Positions 31,361 through 32,000 of a stretch of 32,000 nucleotides of DNA are shown in pieces. Source of the DNA: Geotalea uraniireducens Rf4 (GTDB taxonomy: Bacteria; Desulfobacterota; Desulfuromonadia; Geobacterales; Geobacteraceae). The stretch is from positions 3,750,001 through 3,782,000 of the forward strand of contig NC_009483.1 in the NCBI RefSeq assembly GCF_000016745.1, written 5' to 3'. Position 1 is the stretch's first letter, and each line of letters begins with the position of its first letter. Made by a program: the position numbers and the translations under genes. Under the pieces are notes generated by a model that had not been told where the DNA came from, searched no databases, and saw nothing but the letters and a program-made list of their open reading frames with translations.

Positions 31361-32000
31361 TCATCGCCCACCCTTTCTCTTCATACGGTGGACAACCTTT
31401 CTAATTAAGTTGCGTTCAATGTACTTCAAGGCTTTTCTCAACACATACTGGTAGTATATGAATCTGCCAAAATACTCCTTCAGGATATGGCATCGATCTC
31501 TTTCGAAATCGGGATCACCGGCAGTTGCGCTTACTCCCCCGGCATCATCAAAGATGGCAACCAAGATAGGGAGATATACGTAGGTAAAGTCCTGATCGTT
31601 ATAACAGACAAGATTGAAAAAATAATCACCGGCAGACTTGTATTTCAGATCGTATGAGTGCTTTCGGAACAACGCCTGGGGATAAAAGGTAGCCTGGTGG
31701 GGAATGTTGATCTTCATCAGCTTGTAGGGCGTAAACGGACCATCGTAAATCTTGTGCCATTTAGGAAGGTAGACATCACCGTAATACACTTCGTTTTCCT
31801 TTTGCAAGTAGGCTGCAACCTTGTGCAATACATTCAAGAGGATGTCGTCGCTGCCCAGGAAATAGAGCCAGTCACCACTGGCCGCTCGAGCCCCTTTGTT
31901 CATGGCATCATAGATTCCATTGTCAGGGTTACTGCACCAATAATCAATGTAATCCTCGTATTTTTTAATAATTTCCACTGTCCCGTCGATTGAACCGCCA
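31361..32000 (-). CDS. Glycosyltransferase family 2 (partial; N-terminus lies beyond the right window edge)
   Basis: The frame is open to nt 32000 (..GGSIDGTVEIIKKYEDYIDYWCSNPDNGIYDAMNKGARAASGDWLYFLGSDDIL..). The DGS-like, NKG and SDD segments are typical of small GT2 enzymes. Confidence 0.8.
   Translation of the reverse strand, partial: GGSIDGTVEIIKKYEDYIDYWCSNPDNGIYDAMNKGARAASGDWLYFLGSDDILLNVLHKVAAYLQKENEVYYGDVYLPKWHKIYDGPFTPYKLMKINIPHQATFYPQALFRKHSYDLKYKSAGDYFFNLVCYNDQDFTYVYLPILVAIFDDAGGVSATAGDPDFERDRCHILKEYFGRFIYYQYVLRKALKYIERNLIRKVVHRMKRKGGR

Overview
This 32-kb window from a GC-rich chromosome is transcribed almost entirely on the minus strand. A Desulfuromonadales/Geobacter-like host is only my guess from protein flavour. 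It is a lipopolysaccharide locus in four parts.

(1) 1-16.6 kb is a visibly AT-rich, compositionally mosaic O-antigen-type cluster. It holds two GT4 and two GT2 glycosyltransferases, a Wzy-like polymerase, a WzxE-like flippase, an SDR epimerase/dehydratase and a hexapeptide acyltransferase. It also holds an FdtA/QdtA-type 3,4-ketoisomerase with a DegT-type aminotransferase, followed by a methyltransferase / VOC / GNAT / acyl-carrier-protein / FkbH-like block. That block predicts an unusual ACP-delivered N-acyl group on a 3-amino-3,6-dideoxyhexose. At the left edge an LtaS/OpgB-like sulfatase-fold transferase gene is split by an ISL3-family IS with a perfect 8-bp target duplication.

(2) 16.6-21.4 kb is the most unusual segment. 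Eight direct copies of a ~50-60-bp 'tail box' punctuate it. The box encodes the peptide ..AAHRADTEAHxGVYRVKEG*. Five copies form the 3' ends of small coiled-coil ORFs of two subfamilies. Two are orphan relics, and one supplies the last ~14 codons of fcl. Between the boxes lie three type II TA pairs (ParE/RelE with antitoxin, MNT-HepT, and ParE with a TIGR02574-like antitoxin), a VapC relic and a ~132-aa DnaA-domain-III-like mini-ATPase.

(3) 21.4-28.8 kb is a GC-rich backbone carrying fcl, gmd, hldE, a four-helix-bundle (23S-rRNA-IVS-type) gene, a deoxyhypusine-synthase-like gene, waaC and a second GT9 heptosyltransferase. The four-helix-bundle gene is bracketed by inverted heptamer arrays.

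(4) 28.9-32 kb holds a GT2 gene split by a 1.4-kb rve-type IS, plus a further partial GT2. The IS transposase is broken at an A8 run.

Short tandem repeats of period 7 and 9 recur in intergenic regions and inside fcl. No rRNA, tRNA or CRISPR array was seen.
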